Below are positions 1-10,242 of a stretch of 64,000 nucleotides of DNA, piece after piece. Below the pieces are notes generated by a model, which worked only from the letters and a program-made list of their open reading frames with translations, was not told the DNA's origin and ran no database searches. The translations under genes were made by a program, and so were the position numbers. The DNA is taken from positions 48,162 through 112,161 of the forward strand of contig JBGSMD010000015.1 in NCBI GenBank assembly GCA_041740355.1. The letters are read 5' to 3'. Position 1 is the first letter of the stretch, and each line of letters starts with the position of its first letter. This DNA is from Bdellovibrionota bacterium (lineage in GTDB: Bacteria > Bdellovibrionota_C > UBA2361 > CALJRW01).

Positions 1-44
1 CTGCCACAGTTATCCGCGCAAATCTTTTAATCTAAAAATTAATT

Positions 45-998
45 ATGACTATAACCTGGACTCTCTCTCAAGCCCAAGAAATTTTTAATTTGCCATTTAA
101 CGACCTGCTTTTCCAAGCCCAAACTGTCCATCGAGCAAATTTTAAGCCAAATTCTTTACAAATTAGCACGCTCCTTAGTATTAAAACCGGAAGTTGCCCT
201 GAAAACTGTTCCTATTGTCCGCAGTCGGCACATCATCAAACTGGTTTAAAAAAAGAACCATTAATAAAAATTGATGAGGTTATTGAAGCCGCCAAACGAG
301 CTAAAGCCGCTGGCAGTACTCGATTCTGTATGGGTGCTGCTTGGCGCGGACCTAAAGATCAGGACTTAGAAAAAGTCTGTGAAATGGTCAAAGAAGTTAA
401 AAGCCTTGGACTAGAAACATGCGTCACTCTTGGACTATTAAAAGATCATCAAGCTTCAATGCTAAAAGAGGCTGGATTAGATTTCTATAATCATAATATT
501 GATACATCCGAAGAGTATTACGAGAAGATTATTACAACCCGTACATTTGCGGATCGTTTACAAACGCTAGAAAATGTTCGCAACGCAAATCTAAAAGTTT
601 GTTGTGGGGGCATTCTGGGAATGGGAGAAACCAATGACGATCGTTTAAAAATGTTGTTAGAGTTGGCAAATCTAACTGAACAACCAGAATCAGTTCCTAT
701 AAACCAATTGATAAAAATTCCTGGCACACCGCTAGCAAATGTGGCGGATGTCGATCCTTTTGATTTTGTAAGAACAATTGCTTTGGCCAGAATTTTAATG
801 CCAAAATCCTATGTTCGCTTATCTGCGGGGCGAGAGCAAATGTCTGATGAACTTCAAGCACTCTGCTTTATGGCTGGTGCTAATTCCATTTTCTACGGCG
901 AGAAATTACTTACCGCTGACAATCCTGAACCCGAAGAAGACAATCGTCTACTCCAAAGACTTGGATTAGAAAGAGAATCTTTAAATTTGATTAATTAA
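45..998 (+). CDS. bioB: Biotin synthase (radical SAM)
   Basis: [11 protein letters not shown] radical-SAM motif, [14 protein letters not shown] and [13 protein letters not shown] motifs typical of BioB. Confidence 0.97.
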   Translation: MTITWTLSQAQEIFNLPFNDLLFQAQTVHRANFKPNSLQISTLLSIKTGSCPENCSYCPQSAHHQTGLKKEPLIKIDEVIEAAKRAKAAGSTRFCMGAAWRGPKDQDLEKVCEMVKEVKSLGLETCVTLGLLKDHQASMLKEAGLDFYNHNIDTSEEYYEKIITTRTFADRLQTLENVRNANLKVCCGGILGMGETNDDRLKMLLELANLTEQPESVPINQLIKIPGTPLANVADVDPFDFVRTIALARILMPKSYVRLSAGREQMSDELQALCFMAGANSIFYGEKLLTADNPEPEEDNRLLQRLGLERESLNLIN

Positions 999-1002
999 GC
1001 AT

Positions 1003-1040
1003 AAAAAAAGGTTCGAGAAAAATCTTTTCTCGAACCCCTT
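1003..1040 (-). terminator. Intrinsic terminator between convergent bioB and helicase genes, possibly bidirectional
   Basis: 12-bp perfect stem GGTTCGAGAAAA (1010-1021) / TTTTCTCGAACC (1025-1036); A-run 1003-1009 gives a U-tract on the minus strand. Confidence 0.75.
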
Positions 1041-1073
1041 CTTAAGAGCAATCAGTAGAACAATACGTTCTGG

Positions 1074-2345
1074 TTAGTAAGAACGATTTCTTCCACCACC
1101 TCCACCACCAGCGCGAGAGAATCTTCTTCCACCACCACGTCTAGCAGTTCCGGCTGGCCGCTTTTCAGCACCACGAGATTCACCTTGTCTATTAAACGGC
1201 AATGAATGCTCCGACATATCAAACTTAATTGATGTTAAGTTTTCAATTTTACGAATATCTCTAGATTGTTGGGGAGATGCAAAGGAAATTGCCCGACCAG
1301 ACTTACCAGCACGTCCAGTTCTACCAATACGGTGAACATAATCCTCGGCCGCTTGAGGTAAGTCATAATTTACAACTAATTCAATGTCCGAAACATCAAT
1401 TCCACGAGCAGCAATATCTGTTGCAATTAATACTTGATATTTACCTTGACGAAAACCATCAAGTGCCTGACGACGTTGAGCCATCGAACGGTCGGAATGC
1501 AATTCCGCCGTGTCAAAACCCATATCGTAAACCATACGAGCTAACTTCTTCGTTCCGATTTTAGTTTTTGCAAAGACAATAGTTTGTCCCGTTGAACCAT
1601 CAAGGATTTTTCCAAGCATGTTGGTCTTATCAGACTGAGCAACGACACAAAGTTCTTGACGAACAAGTTCCCCAGTAACTCCTTGTTTAGTAACTTCAAT
1701 TTGTACTGGATTTATCAGATGGCGATTAGACAAATCACGAATCTCTTCAGGCATTGTGGCCGAAAACAACATTGTCTGCCGATCTTTAGGAGCCAAATTT
1801 AAGATTTCTTTGATCTGTGGTGCAAATCCGATATCAAACATTCGATCAGCTTCATCTAAAACGATAGTTTTACAATTGTTTAAGTTAAAAGTACGACGAT
1901 TCAAATGATCTTGGAGTCGTCCAGGTGTTGCAATAATAATTCGTGGAGTTTTTTTAAAGCGCATTCTTTGTCTTTCCATTGGTACACCACCAATTAAGGT
2001 TACAGATGACAATTGAAATTTAAGATGGTCCGAAATATTACGGAAAGCTTCCTCAACCTGCCAAGCTAATTCTCTAGTCGGCACAATTACTAATGCTTGC
2101 TCAGAATTCATGGAAAGTTTTTGCATAATCGGCAAGGCAAAAGCTAATGTTTTACCAGTTCCAGTTTGAGCAATACCAATTAAGTCTTTTCCAGAAATCG
2201 CAACAGGGATTGCTTGCTCTTGAATTGCTGTTGGGATAGTAAAGTTTTTCTTAAGTAATACTTGGTTTAGTTCTGCTGAAACACCTAACGCGATAAACGC
2301 AGACGTATCAATAGGCTGTGGCACACAGCTCTCTTGCTGATTCAT
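1074..2345 (-). CDS. DEAD-box ATP-dependent RNA helicase
   Basis: AQTGTGKT, PTRELA, TPGRL, DEAD, SAT, HRIGRTGRAG motifs and RG-rich tail; start moved to ATG at 2345 behind a CAGGAGA RBS. Confidence 0.95.
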   Translation of the reverse strand: MNQQESCVPQPIDTSAFIALGVSAELNQVLLKKNFTIPTAIQEQAIPVAISGKDLIGIAQTGTGKTLAFALPIMQKLSMNSEQALVIVPTRELAWQVEEAFRNISDHLKFQLSSVTLIGGVPMERQRMRFKKTPRIIIATPGRLQDHLNRRTFNLNNCKTIVLDEADRMFDIGFAPQIKEILNLAPKDRQTMLFSATMPEEIRDLSNRHLINPVQIEVTKQGVTGELVRQELCVVAQSDKTNMLGKILDGSTGQTIVFAKTKIGTKKLARMVYDMGFDTAELHSDRSMAQRRQALDGFRQGKYQVLIATDIAARGIDVSDIELVVNYDLPQAAEDYVHRIGRTGRAGKSGRAISFASPQQSRDIRKIENLTSIKFDMSEHSLPFNRQGESRGAEKRPAGTARRGGGRRFSRAGGGGGGRNRSY

Positions 2346-2519
2346 TTTTTCTCCTGAGTAGCTAACCCAAAACAACTAATTCATTATGATTAATGCTTAG
2401 CGATGGGTATTCAATAGGGCAAAGCCGAATTGAAAAGTAAATAAACAATACTCTAGCTCTCAAAAGACAAAGGCAATTGTAAGATAGTGATTTGTTAGTA
2501 CGAACGCACTTGGCGTCCA

Positions 2520-2554
2520 GGCGCGGACTATACAGTAGATTCCTACATAGTCAA
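2520..2554 (-). promoter_or_regulatory. Sigma70-type promoter with GC-rich discriminator for the helicase
   Basis: Minus strand TTGACT-N16-TATAGT followed by CCGCGCC; implies a 5' UTR of roughly 175 nt. Confidence 0.5.
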
Positions 2555-2597
2555 CTGCAGATATGCTTGGCGACTAGTTTATGGGTTCAACTCTCAA

Positions 2598-2743
2598 ATA
2601 TAGTAAGTCCAGGAAGTACTTTCCAATAGGAATTACTTTCTGGGGCTTACTATCCCCCGCAAGCGTTATAAAATCATACGGTTATGACAAAAATCACAAA
2701 ACTAACTTTTGAATCTTCGGAAATTAGTTTTTGTCATAACTAT
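2598..2743 (+). repeat. Dispersed double-hairpin repeat, copy 1
   Basis: Hairpin A ATAGTAAG...CTTACTAT and hairpin B GTTATGACAAAAA...TTTTTGTCATAAC; close reverse complement at 13597-13743. Confidence 0.9.
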
Positions 2744-2839
2744 AAAATGCATATAAATCAATTACTACCAAAAAATTAAAGAATTTATTAGATTGGCCTA
2801 ATAATTCTTTAGTAAACTTAATGATAGCTTTAAAAATTT

Positions 2840-4159
2840 TTAACCTGACCCTAATCTTACCTTTTTCATACCAACAAAGACCATCTTTAGTAACATTAGA
2901 CCATGATAAAAGCGACGAATATTCGTCTTCCCATAGATTCGATTGCGATAATTAATAGGAAGATCTACTACCCCAAGGCCCAAAATAACTGCTGGAAAAA
3001 GTAAATTAAAGTCCCCAAAGGGATCGAATTCCCCAAAGTCTTGCCTCCACAATTGGAAACGCTGAAAGTCTGATTTTGTAAAAAGTTTTGTACCACAAAG
3101 TGAATCGCCAATTGGATATTCTAATACATGACTTAAGGCCTTAGCAAAAAAAACATTTCCAATTTGGTTTAAAAACATCATCGCCTTACCCTCCATCGGA
3201 TAAACCAAACGATTGCCATTTATAAAATCCCCATGTCCCTGACAATAAGCGGCAAAGAATCTTGGTAATAGTTCAGGTGGCATAGTTAGGTCGGCATCTA
3301 GGATTGCAATCAAATTAAATTCGGCTTGTAAAACTCCCTCTTCCACGGCATTGGCCTTGCCTTCACCAGATTGCTGCACAGCTTTAATTGTAATCTGGCT
3401 TCCATACAATTCTTTTACTCTTAAAATCTCTTCCCAAGTCCGATCTTGGGAATGACCCTCAACAAAAATAACCTCAGAACAATCAAAAGATAAGGCTAAT
3501 ACTCGCTTAATTCCATTTTCAATATTACCATATTCATTACGTGCAGGAATAATGATTGAAATTGCAGGAGGAGCTACTTCTTTAAGAATCGGTCTTAATA
3601 TTACAATCGAGAGAAATGATAACTTTTTTATAAATGGGATTGCAGGAAATAAGGAATTAACTAAAAAACTTATGCCAGGTATATTCACAGGCAGAAAAAC
3701 TGTATTTCGAGATCTAACTATTTCAAAACCAGCTAGTTGAGTGAAATTCCTTAAATTTGTCATCGTTAAAAAATTCATTTCTGGTATTGCTTGACGCAAA
3801 CCAAGCTTGCTTGCCAACTCAAAAAAGAATTTCAAGTATGGATTATAAAGAACTAAGGCCACCCGAGATTCACGATTCATTCTACTATAAATTTGACCCA
3901 ATAAGCCTAATAGATCCGAAGTGTGATTAGCATGCCCATTAAGTAGGATTAAATTTGATTCGGAGCTATTACAACAATCGAGATCGCTAATTTGACTTAA
4001 AGTGACTTTGTCTGGAGCCTCTAATTTTCCAAAAAGAATATTACTGTCGTTTGCGACGGGTGGAAGTTGAATTAAGCGTGAGACATACTTGGAGATTCTG
4101 CTAATCTCCTTTGCCACAACTCCATATAAATAATCTTTAGAGTATAAATTGATAATCAT
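2840..4159 (-). CDS. Family 2 glycosyltransferase (polyprenol-phosphate glycosyltransferase-like) with degenerate N-terminal methyltransferase-like region
   Basis: SIIIPARNE, FVEGHSQD, ILDADLT, DSLCGTK, DPFGDF motifs. Confidence 0.85.
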   Translation of the reverse strand: MIINLYSKDYLYGVVAKEISRISKYVSRLIQLPPVANDSNILFGKLEAPDKVTLSQISDLDCCNSSESNLILLNGHANHTSDLLGLLGQIYSRMNRESRVALVLYNPYLKFFFELASKLGLRQAIPEMNFLTMTNLRNFTQLAGFEIVRSRNTVFLPVNIPGISFLVNSLFPAIPFIKKLSFLSIVILRPILKEVAPPAISIIIPARNEYGNIENGIKRVLALSFDCSEVIFVEGHSQDRTWEEILRVKELYGSQITIKAVQQSGEGKANAVEEGVLQAEFNLIAILDADLTMPPELLPRFFAAYCQGHGDFINGNRLVYPMEGKAMMFLNQIGNVFFAKALSHVLEYPIGDSLCGTKLFTKSDFQRFQLWRQDFGEFDPFGDFNLLFPAVILGLGVVDLPINYRNRIYGKTNIRRFYHGLMLLKMVFVGMKKVRLGSG

Positions 4160-4254
4160 AAGAATTGCCGTGGAAAGTTTTTATTCCATTAAGTTTTGGT
4201 TTAGTCAGAGACAACAAACATCTAAGCACCTTTTATGATTTACAACTAAGAAGA

Positions 4255-5208
4255 TTAAATTTTATTATTCTCAATCGCCCAGCGATAGGATTCTTCTAAT
4301 CCAGCTTCTAATTCAATCTTTGGTTTCCAACCCAAATTACTAATTCGACTAATATCCAAAACCTTGCGTGGTGTTCCATCAGGTTTAGTTAAATCGAAGA
4401 CTACTTCTCCTTGATACCCAACCACCTTTTTTATTAACAATGCTAATTCTTTTATTTCAATATCAACGCCTGATCCAATATTAATAATAGAATGAAAGGC
4501 GGTATCAGGTATAAAGTTTTTAGTATCAGTTTTAAGTAACAAAATTAGCGCTTCAGCTAAATCATCAACATGTAAAAATTCACGCCGCGGAGCACCTGAA
4601 CCCCAAATTTCAACTTCGGGTAAATTATTAATCTTAGCATGATGTAAGCGATTTAATAAGCCTGGAATTACATGTGAATGTTCTGGGTGGTAATTATCTC
4701 CCGGTCCGTAAAGATTTGTTGGCATCACGGCAACAAAATCTTTTCCATACTGCAATCTAAATTTCTCGCAAAGTTTAAGTCCGGCGATCTTGGCAATTGC
4801 ATATCCTTCATTTGTCGGCTCTAGCGGGCCAGCTAAGAGACATTCCTCTTTTATCGGTTGCGGCGCATGTTTTGGATAAATACATGAGCTTCCTAAATAG
4901 ATTAATTTTTTAATATTAAATTCATGCGCAGCTTTGATCACATTCCCTGCGATCATCATGTTTTCATAGAGAAAGTCTGCTTGATACTGAGAATTATAAA
5001 GAATTCCGCCGACCTTGGCTGCTGCTAAAAATACATAATCTATCTGATTATTTGCAAAAAAGTCATTAACAGCCGATTGATTTATTAAATCTAATTCTTG
5101 ATGGGTACGCACTAGGAGATTATAGTCCCCTAGTCCCGTCAATCTTCTGATAAGTGCCGAGCCTACAAGGCCACGATGTCCAGTTACAAAAATTGTGGCA
5201 GTACTCAT
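4255..5208 (-). CDS. fcl: GDP-L-fucose synthase
   Basis: GHRGLVGSA, AAAKVGGI, LGSSCIYP, YAIAK, PDGTPRK motifs. Confidence 0.95.
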   Translation of the reverse strand: MSTATIFVTGHRGLVGSALIRRLTGLGDYNLLVRTHQELDLINQSAVNDFFANNQIDYVFLAAAKVGGILYNSQYQADFLYENMMIAGNVIKAAHEFNIKKLIYLGSSCIYPKHAPQPIKEECLLAGPLEPTNEGYAIAKIAGLKLCEKFRLQYGKDFVAVMPTNLYGPGDNYHPEHSHVIPGLLNRLHHAKINNLPEVEIWGSGAPRREFLHVDDLAEALILLLKTDTKNFIPDTAFHSIINIGSGVDIEIKELALLIKKVVGYQGEVVFDLTKPDGTPRKVLDISRISNLGWKPKIELEAGLEESYRWAIENNKI

Positions 5209-5460
5209 TGCTTAAATTGAAAAAAGATAAAAATAATTATTTTTCTGTTTGTGGTTATGACGAAGGGCGCAACTCACTTACTTAAAATCTTACTACTCAA
5301 GAATATAATATATACGATATTTATTGACGATAAAAGACTTTATTATACTTGTTTAGTTTCTGATATCTATTTGATACTAGGCGACATTGAAAAGTAACTT
5401 TATATAACTTGTCGCCTGCTATATGAAGCACAATGACTTAAGTGACAATTGGATCTTAAT

Positions 5461-6942
5461 TTAATAATTTATCGCCACATTCATGGATCTTTGATTATCA
5501 AAAAATTTTCTAAAATAGTTTTTATATTTTTTTAAAACATCAAATATATTGGAAATTAATATTCCTAGCAAAGTAAGATACAAAAAATCAATCTCGAAAC
5601 GATAGCGATTAAAATCGTCTGTAGATACACCTGCTGTAATAACTGTAACGTATAAAATATTAAAAATTATGAAGCATAAAGTCAGCCAACAAATCAGATT
5701 ATGGGGATCTTTTATATAAACATATAATGCTTTGATACTTCCAAATATGATTAATATGGGTAGGCCAAAAAGCAATGCCCAAGAAATATCTGAGGAGTCT
5801 GCTTTAAGTAGAAATAAACGATCATAGTGATCTGATAATATGCTAACAAAATTATTTTCATTAGCCTTTCTTGCATGAAAATCCTTACTAGCAGGATAAA
5901 AGTATTTTTTTGTTATTATGAAGCTCTTAAGATAAGCCATTGGGTAGTGTTTCATTACCTCAAAAAACCCATCCATAAATGAATCAGAAATTTCTAAATA
6001 TCCTAGATGATTAAAATTTTTTTTGCCCGTGCTTTTAAACTCTTGGTCTAAAGCCGGGATACCAGTTTTAGTTAGTAACATTTCGCTTGAATATCTTGAT
6101 ATCTCATAATGAGGGCTGTGAAAAAAAAATGAAGGCAAAACATTCAACTTCGATAAATTATCGCGCTCCTCTTTCGATAAAAATTTAACTACCCTAGATG
6201 GGATATTACGTCCTAGATATGAAGTGCTTGGATGTATCTTATCAAAAATGACATATTGTTTGATCGAATATAGCGTTAATATAATAAATGGCAGAATAAA
6301 TGTCTGTAAAATTATCTTTCGATCGTTCTTACACAATACTAGGAGAACTAAAAAGAAAAAACATAATATTTCCACTCTAAATGTAGCTCGAGTGAGAATT
6401 AATATTGTGAGCATAAAATAAAAGCCAAAAACATCTTTCCATTTTCTATATCTTAGAAAAACTACTAAATAGTATGCACTAGCACACAACAAAAAGGCAG
6501 CAGGATATGAATAAAAAAGCCAACTTTCATAGATTAATGTTGTTGGTGAAACAATAAAAATCACCGCCAAGCCAAGTGCTATATAGCGTTTAACGCCAAT
6601 TTGCTTCATCAACTGAAAAAGATAGAGTGAGAAAAATAGACCTAATAGGTGAAAGCTTAATTGGAAAGCAATAGCGTAATTGATGGGGAACAACTTTAAA
6701 ACTAATCCTAGGTAAAGATTAAATAAAGGAGGTTGCTGATGAAGGTAAAAGATACTGCGCAATAAATCTTCCCGTAAAAGTTTGGGGTCTAAATACTGCC
6801 AATAATAATCAATTGTTTGACTATCGAAATTAAGATTAAAGTAAATAGAATAGATAAACCGTGATAAAACAAAAATTAAAAAAATTAGAAACGTGTCTTT
6901 CTTTATTACCCTGTTATATGTCTGATGAAATAAAGTATGCAT
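5461..6942 (-). CDS. Polytopic membrane protein, probable GT-C-fold glycosyltransferase
   Basis: Many hydrophobic segments, HQQPPLFN first-loop motif, late RYRF motif. Confidence 0.6.
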   Translation of the reverse strand: MHTLFHQTYNRVIKKDTFLIFLIFVLSRFIYSIYFNLNFDSQTIDYYWQYLDPKLLREDLLRSIFYLHQQPPLFNLYLGLVLKLFPINYAIAFQLSFHLLGLFFSLYLFQLMKQIGVKRYIALGLAVIFIVSPTTLIYESWLFYSYPAAFLLCASAYYLVVFLRYRKWKDVFGFYFMLTILILTRATFRVEILCFFFLVLLVLCKNDRKIILQTFILPFIILTLYSIKQYVIFDKIHPSTSYLGRNIPSRVVKFLSKEERDNLSKLNVLPSFFFHSPHYEISRYSSEMLLTKTGIPALDQEFKSTGKKNFNHLGYLEISDSFMDGFFEVMKHYPMAYLKSFIITKKYFYPASKDFHARKANENNFVSILSDHYDRLFLLKADSSDISWALLFGLPILIIFGSIKALYVYIKDPHNLICWLTLCFIIFNILYVTVITAGVSTDDFNRYRFEIDFLYLTLLGILISNIFDVLKKYKNYFRKFFDNQRSMNVAINY

Positions 6943-6977
6943 ATTAATCCAGGGTTGATTAAATAATAAATCCTATC

Positions 6978-7432
6978 TGAGCTTGCCCCAAATTTTCACC
7001 ATTTGAGTTAATGTACAATTTGAGTTAATTTCTTAAATTCGTTGGGACCAATAGCTAATGTCAGAATGCATTCATTTTGCATTGTAGAATCTTTCTATCC
7101 ACTGCCTAATACTAACAGCGGCAGATAATCTTAATTTGTATCTGTTTCTATCAACAAGTTCAACCTATAAAGTATGGAAGAAACTTTCTGCTACTGCATT
7201 GTCATAGCAATTGCCGCTTCGACTCATACTAGGTTGAATACTATTTAAAATCATGACTAGCATAAATACTACCCCTGTCAGAATGATAAAATAGTTCTCT
7301 GGGTTGTTGTCTTCTCAGTAATACCATCCTAAAAACAGTAACTTCTAAAGTTGCATCATTACGATTACTAGAATAAAATCCAAAAAACTTTTTTGGGAAA
7401 ATTACATCATGAGATTACTGTAATTAAACCTA
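6978..7432 (-). pseudogene. Decayed IS3-family transposase OrfB with right terminal inverted repeat
   Basis: Minus strand reads SMSRSGNCYDNAVAESFFHTL*VEL, plus HSDR and WIERFYN pieces broken by stops and frameshifts; terminus TGAGCTTGCCCC at 6978 fits the IS3 TG...CA end. Confidence 0.85.
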
Positions 7433-7463
7433 ACCAAAAGCTTGAATGAAATATGCTTATGAA

Positions 7464-9023
7464 CTAGCCAGACCCATCAACAAATTTGAAACTAAAAACA
7501 AACAAATTCTTACTTACATCAATCCGGGAAAAGGAAATAGACTCAAGTGGCATTTCCCAAAACGTAGGGAAAAATGAACTCATCAGATAAGCATACCTTT
7601 TTCCAATAGCACTACTTCCTTCCGAATTAGCAAGTTGATCAATACAAATCTTTACTCCTTTTTTTGTACTTAGTTGGAAAAGATCTATTTGACAGTAAAA
7701 TTTGGGAATTTCTTGGTATAATTGGAAAAATTCTGGTGCAAGAAACTGATTCTTTTGGAAGAAATCTTCCATAAAAGTCGATGTAATTATTAAATCTATT
7801 GGAGGATTTTTAGCATTAATTAAATCTGATATCATACTAAAGCTTTGACTTGTAAGTCCCACCTCAAAAAAATCAGAATTTTTTATATTAAATTTTTCAG
7901 GATTGACAAACGAGATCCGAGGAGACTCCAAGTTGAAAAACAGAGCAATCATTAAGATTAGTGAAATCAGTTTTAGTAAAATTAAATCAAACTCCACAAA
8001 ACGCTTTATTGAGTAACAGATGATTATCAATAATATTATTGAAAAAAGCGCCGTATGCCTCCCTGGGTATAGTGGGTAGAGTTCAAATTGTGCCATCAAA
8101 ACGTAAGTAGTCAAAGGAATTAAAGCAAGCGCTAGGGTCCTCCACTCCTTTTTCCAAAAACTGAAAATTATACCAGAAACAAACAGGAACAAAATGACAA
8201 AGGGTGTATCGTAGGAATTGCTTAGATTCACTTGAAAAACACGTCCAGTAGTCTTAATCAGCGATTCCATATTCAGACTCAGGTAATCTCGTATATATGC
8301 CGAACTTTCTGGCCGATAATGAGATTTCTGATAGACTAAATAAATTTGAATTAAAAATAGACCTAGCTGAGCAATGCAAATTGATGCCCAGATCATGGCT
8401 GACTTTATCCTTCCACGATACAATAGCTGACAAAATCCAATCAGCGAAATACTAAGAACTATCCCAATCACTCCATAATCTGTAAAGAATAGGAGGAAGC
8501 CCGAAATTAAAAACATCAAGAAATCTCTATTGCGCTCGGATCTAATTATCGAGATCCAGTAGTAGAGATATAAAATCAAAATTATTGCTGCCAGCATATA
8601 GGGGCGGGTCCCCTGAGACGTAGAAATAAACAAATTACTGAATGTAATAATTGTAGCACCAGTGAGACCTGCAATCCTACTACTGTAAATATTTACAATA
8701 AAAAAATAGAAAGCTGGAATTAGAATAACACCTGGCAATAAAGCAATTAATCGCGAAAGGTAGATACTATCAGAGGATCTTAAAATAACATTCAGAATTA
8801 GGTTTCTAAGCGGAGGATGCGCATCAAAATAAGAATTTATAATAATGTTCCATGGGCTCCCTAATGACAGATCTATATGTCTGATGTCATCTAGTCCCAA
8901 ACCATAATCCTTAATCCCATAAATTCTTAGGTATGAACCAAGAATAATTAAAATAGCTAGTGCGAAAATAAAAAACTTAGAACTATGTGTTCGCAGAAAA
9001 CACTGGAGCATTTTAATTGTCAT
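7464..9023 (-). CDS. GT-C-fold (ArnT/PMT-like) membrane glycosyltransferase
   Basis: LRIYGI, acidic DD loop, DAHPPL, RPY motifs, many TM segments. Confidence 0.7.
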   Translation of the reverse strand: MTIKMLQCFLRTHSSKFFIFALAILIILGSYLRIYGIKDYGLGLDDIRHIDLSLGSPWNIIINSYFDAHPPLRNLILNVILRSSDSIYLSRLIALLPGVILIPAFYFFIVNIYSSRIAGLTGATIITFSNLFISTSQGTRPYMLAAIILILYLYYWISIIRSERNRDFLMFLISGFLLFFTDYGVIGIVLSISLIGFCQLLYRGRIKSAMIWASICIAQLGLFLIQIYLVYQKSHYRPESSAYIRDYLSLNMESLIKTTGRVFQVNLSNSYDTPFVILFLFVSGIIFSFWKKEWRTLALALIPLTTYVLMAQFELYPLYPGRHTALFSIILLIIICYSIKRFVEFDLILLKLISLILMIALFFNLESPRISFVNPEKFNIKNSDFFEVGLTSQSFSMISDLINAKNPPIDLIITSTFMEDFFQKNQFLAPEFFQLYQEIPKFYCQIDLFQLSTKKGVKICIDQLANSEGSSAIGKRYAYLMSSFFPTFWEMPLESISFSRIDVSKNLFVFSFKFVDGSG

Positions 9024-9181
9024 AACGAATCTGGAGAGTAACTAAACTGATATTAAACTTATCAAAAACAAGTTTAGTTGACTAGAACTTTAGGATGAGC
9101 ATAACTAAGAATCGACACCAACAACTGACCACGATTATATCTATCATTTAAACTTTTTCCAGTATATCTTGCGATCTATAA

Positions 9182-10090
9182 ATGAGTTACGGTTTATTAA
9201 TTACAAAATTTGGAGGAAATCTGGGTGACGATATCCAAAGCTTAGCGGCCATGCGTTATCTACCCAAAATTGATTTCTATATTCATCGTGATAAAATCTC
9301 ACAGGCTGTTGTTGCTCCACACACTCGCGTAATTATGAATGGTTGGTTTATGCATAACATGCGATTTTGGCCACCACACCAAAATATAGACCCGCTATTC
9401 CTTTCCTTTCATGCTAGAATAGCCAAAGCTAGTAACAAAATGGAGTGGCTCTCGGATCGACTCTTTGGTCCCGGTGCTGTGGGAAGTTGTTCTGATCAGA
9501 AATATGCCGAATATTATCAGCCCCATATTCCAATTGGGTGCCGCGACCAAACGACAAAAGAGGCATTCGATGCGATCGGAGTACCATCATATTTTTCAGG
9601 TTGTCTTACCTTAACCTTGCCTCAAAGCTCAAAACCTCGCACTGATGAGATTGTATTTGTTGATCCTTTTGGACCATTTCCCTTCACAAACTATCAACCT
9701 GATCTATGGTACAAAATACCAAAAGCTATCAGACGGAATGCCACAAGACTCACTCATCTTAATTGTTCTTCAAATCTTGAAAAACGCTTTACTATTGCTC
9801 GTAATAATCTATCGATTTATCAAACTGCTTCTTTAGTCATTACATCCAGATTACATGTCGCCTTACCATGTATAGCCTTTGGCACAGATGTAATTTTGAT
9901 CTCTACTAATCACAGAGATTATCGTTTAAAAGGCTATGAAAAGTTATTACAAGCTCACTCTATTGATGATTTTTTGATAGCCTCTAGAAATGGAAGATTT
10001 AAGGAACTAATTTCAAATGCGGATCAAGGTATTCTTCAGAATTTAAAAAATAAACTTGAGGAGTCTTGCCAAAAATTTATTAGCCAATAA
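9182..10090 (+). CDS. Polysaccharide pyruvyl transferase family protein
   Basis: NLGDDIQS, IGCRD, FSGCLTLT, TSRLH motifs. Confidence 0.8.
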   Translation: MSYGLLITKFGGNLGDDIQSLAAMRYLPKIDFYIHRDKISQAVVAPHTRVIMNGWFMHNMRFWPPHQNIDPLFLSFHARIAKASNKMEWLSDRLFGPGAVGSCSDQKYAEYYQPHIPIGCRDQTTKEAFDAIGVPSYFSGCLTLTLPQSSKPRTDEIVFVDPFGPFPFTNYQPDLWYKIPKAIRRNATRLTHLNCSSNLEKRFTIARNNLSIYQTASLVITSRLHVALPCIAFGTDVILISTNHRDYRLKGYEKLLQAHSIDDFLIASRNGRFKELISNADQGILQNLKNKLEESCQKFISQ

Positions 10091-10242
10091 CTTTCTTACA
10101 CAATTCAAATCAATATATATTAAAGAATATATTGTTTGCAATTTTTAGAGCGAGCCAATAAATTCAATTCGTTCTATAATAATTTTAACTACTATTAGAT
10201 AACTAAATTTTAAATAGTAATTTTAAATATCGCCAATTAAAG

